A stretch of 63,393 nucleotides of DNA, counting the filler, from Cercozoa sp. M6MM (Eukaryota; Protista; Endomyxa: Ascetosporea): assembly GCA_040357565.1 (NCBI GenBank). It is 10 parts of 10 records of this genome, joined end to end, with 100 filler letters (N's around TTAATTAATTAA, not from the genome) between each part and the next. Parts side by side here need not be neighbours in the genome. Positions count along the whole stretch, not along the records: positions 59,405 to 63,393 come from JBDODJ010001249.1; 9 more parts are not named here. The stretch is one strand, 5' to 3'. The first letter of the stretch is position 1; each line of letters starts with the position of its first letter. Below the pieces are notes generated by a model. The model searched no databases, had not been told where the DNA came from, and saw only the letters and a list, made by a program, of their open reading frames with translations. Positions 61,236-63,393 of the stretch are shown here, piece after piece. A program made the translations under genes and the position numbers.

Positions 61236-63393
61236 ATGATGTTTCTTCTAAGCGTGCTTTTTGGAGCCTCGGTCTTGACTGCGACAGCTGACCGCGCGAC
61301 TTCGTCGGCACTGACGGATTTGATCCAGAGAGTGACCAATAAGCACGTCTTCGCGTGTCCTTACGCACCTCATGATAACGTCGATCGACGTGAACTGCAC
61401 AGAGAAACGCGAGCTCAGCTGTGGTCGCAAAACGGAATTGGCGACAATGACGCCGTTCTTTTGTACCTTCAAGTTTCTCAATTCGTGTTTGCGTCCGCGC
61501 GGATGTTTAGTTTGTGAAGATACGGAGGCAACACGGAATATCGTGGCCGAAGCGATAGTAACTTAGCCACTCGATCATTCTCTAACCCTTGGAGCTTCTA
61601 ATGCTTTTTTTGCAGCTGAGAATCCGTTCTTCCAAGAAAGCAACTTTCAATACATCACGGGGTGCTCCTTTGTTACTTCTTTAATCATCTCGGACCCGTT
61701 GGGTCAATTTACCTCCCTAATCCTCCTCTGTCTGAAGTTACTCGCACGAGGGCGGTGTCGCCCTGATGGAAGGACGCTCGTCGCGCGAGTTTACGACACT
61801 CTTCGTGCGCGAGATGTCCGAGGTGGCTTTAGTCCCTTGCTTTACCCCCCTGCTTTACTCCTTGCTTTCCCCTTCTTTACCCTCTTACCTCCTCTTACCC
61901 CTCTGTCCTCCCCCCCCCCANNNNNNNNNNNNNNNNNNNNNNNNNNNNNNNNNNNNNNNNNNNNNNNNNNNNNNNNNNNNNNNNNNNNNNNNNNNNNNNN
62001 NNNNNNNNNNNNNNNNNNNNCAAATCTTTGACGGTCGTCAGTCGCCGCCGGCCGAAACGGCGCGTCATCTCGGTCTTGGTACTTTCTGTGACTAGGACTG
62101 ATGCCACGTGACTGACTGGTGGTACTAAATGACGGTGTTAAATGATCCCTGGCATGCCACCTGTGTCTGGACAGATGACGGTGACTACACGCGCAAACTG
62201 ATCGAATCGCTGCGCCGACTGGAGAAACGTCCCGCCGGTCTGCGTCAGTTGCACGTGTACTGTGGCTTCCTGCCCCTTTTACCCCCCTCCCCTACCTCTT
62301 TTACCCCCTACCTCTTTTACTCCCCCATCCCTTTGCCCCCCCCCCCACCCCTTTTACCTCCTCCCACCTCCCCGTGCAGTTTGGACAAGGAGGAAGTGTC
62401 GCGCCGATCGCCCGAGGTGGCACGCGAGTTCGGTCGCTACCTCGTGACGGTACGTCGACGGTTATGATCATTTGTGATTATTAACTAATCGATCAGTGAT
62501 CATTTGTGATCATTTGTGATTGGTCAATGATCGTTTGTAGCACACGCTTGAAACTGCTTTGTTCGCCAGTCGCACACTGAAAACTGAAAAGGTTTTACCC
62601 CCTTCTTACCCGCTCTTCACCCTGTTTACCCCCCTGTTTACCCCCCTGTTTACCCCCTGTCCCCCCCCCCCCCTGTTTACCCCCTGTCGGCAGGAGCAGA
62701 AGCTGCTGCGACTGTCGTCGCAAGTTTCCGCACTGGCGCACAACGCGCTCAACGACGTGCTGTCCGAAGTGGTACACCCCCTTAATTAAAGAGCCAATTA
62801 AGAGCCAATTAAAGAGCCAGAATGGGGTACATATGGATGACTCGGTTGTACGCGTGTGTGTGGCTACAGTCGGACCAGATCAACGAAAATGACCCGCTGC
62901 GCGAGTACCATTTGCAGGGCGTTTTTGAGTTTCTGCACATGCGTTGTGGCGTGTTCTTCCAGGTGGGTTACCCCCTTCTTACCCCCTTCTTACCTCCCTC
63001 TTACCCCCTTCTTACCCCCTTCTTACCCCCCTCCTCTTACCCCCCTCTTACCCCTCGTCTTACCCCCTACCCCAGGCGTACCCGCCGATCGTGGCATTTG
63101 GAACCAATGCGGCCACGATGCACTACGTCGGCGGCACCGATCGCGTGCTTCCGCGCGGACTGCTGCTGGTCGATGCTGGCGGCTCACGTGACCACTGTAG
63201 CCTTTATCCCCTTTTCCCCCCCCCCCCCCATCCTCTATGCTACCCCTTACCCCATCCCCCCGCCTCCTAGATGCGACGGACATCACTCGTACCATGCATG
63301 TCGGCAAGGACACCTCGCAGGAAGGCATGGACTGGCGGCAGCGCGGCATTTACGCCGGCGTGCTGGCTGCGCAGGTGCGCTGTTTTACCCCCC
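61236..63393 (+). CDS. M24B Xaa-Pro aminopeptidase/prolidase with signal peptide (runs off window end)
   Basis: FFQESNFQYITG; AYPPIVAFGTNAATMHY; LLLVDAGGSRDH|YATDITRT; Y.GVLAAQ. Confidence 0.88.

Noticed and set aside
1-63393. Alternative genetic code or non-canonical introns
   Set aside because: The conserved genes I spliced reconstruct with GT-AG introns (some with AAG/GAG acceptors) and no in-frame stops. TAA, TAG and TGA all serve as terminators.

Overview
This window is eukaryotic, protist-like nuclear DNA, not prokaryotic. It is ten unrelated contigs joined by artificial N-TTAATTAATTAA-N linkers, with additional ~100-N gaps, so adjacency across linkers is meaningless. Genes are densely packed, use the standard genetic code, and are split by many GT-AG introns, so the ORF track is largely misleading; the gene models below were spliced by hand and their boundaries are approximate. 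Recognisable genes: SHPRH/Rad5-like SNF2 ATPase, secreted PHB depolymerase, METTL9, RRP41, a C2H2 protein, a 4-EF-hand protein, a Kir-family channel, CNOT10, EAF6, LUC7, a phage/bacterial-type pyrimidine-dimer glycosylase-like gene, CDP-DAG synthase, OS-9 (HDEL), an RGS protein, eIF2B gamma/epsilon, ATR, OSCA/TMEM63 and an M24B aminopeptidase. The most interesting observations are (1) intron-confined minisatellites, with a strand-biased TTTACCCC family and a 5'-to-3' gradient; (2) an intron-containing, NLS-tailed DenV-like gene, probably acquired horizontally; (3) a complex, pseudoknot-capable ~255-nt element in an unusually long intron; (4) a Kir channel whose TIGYG filter reads RIGVP; and (5) two candidate non-autonomous DNA elements.
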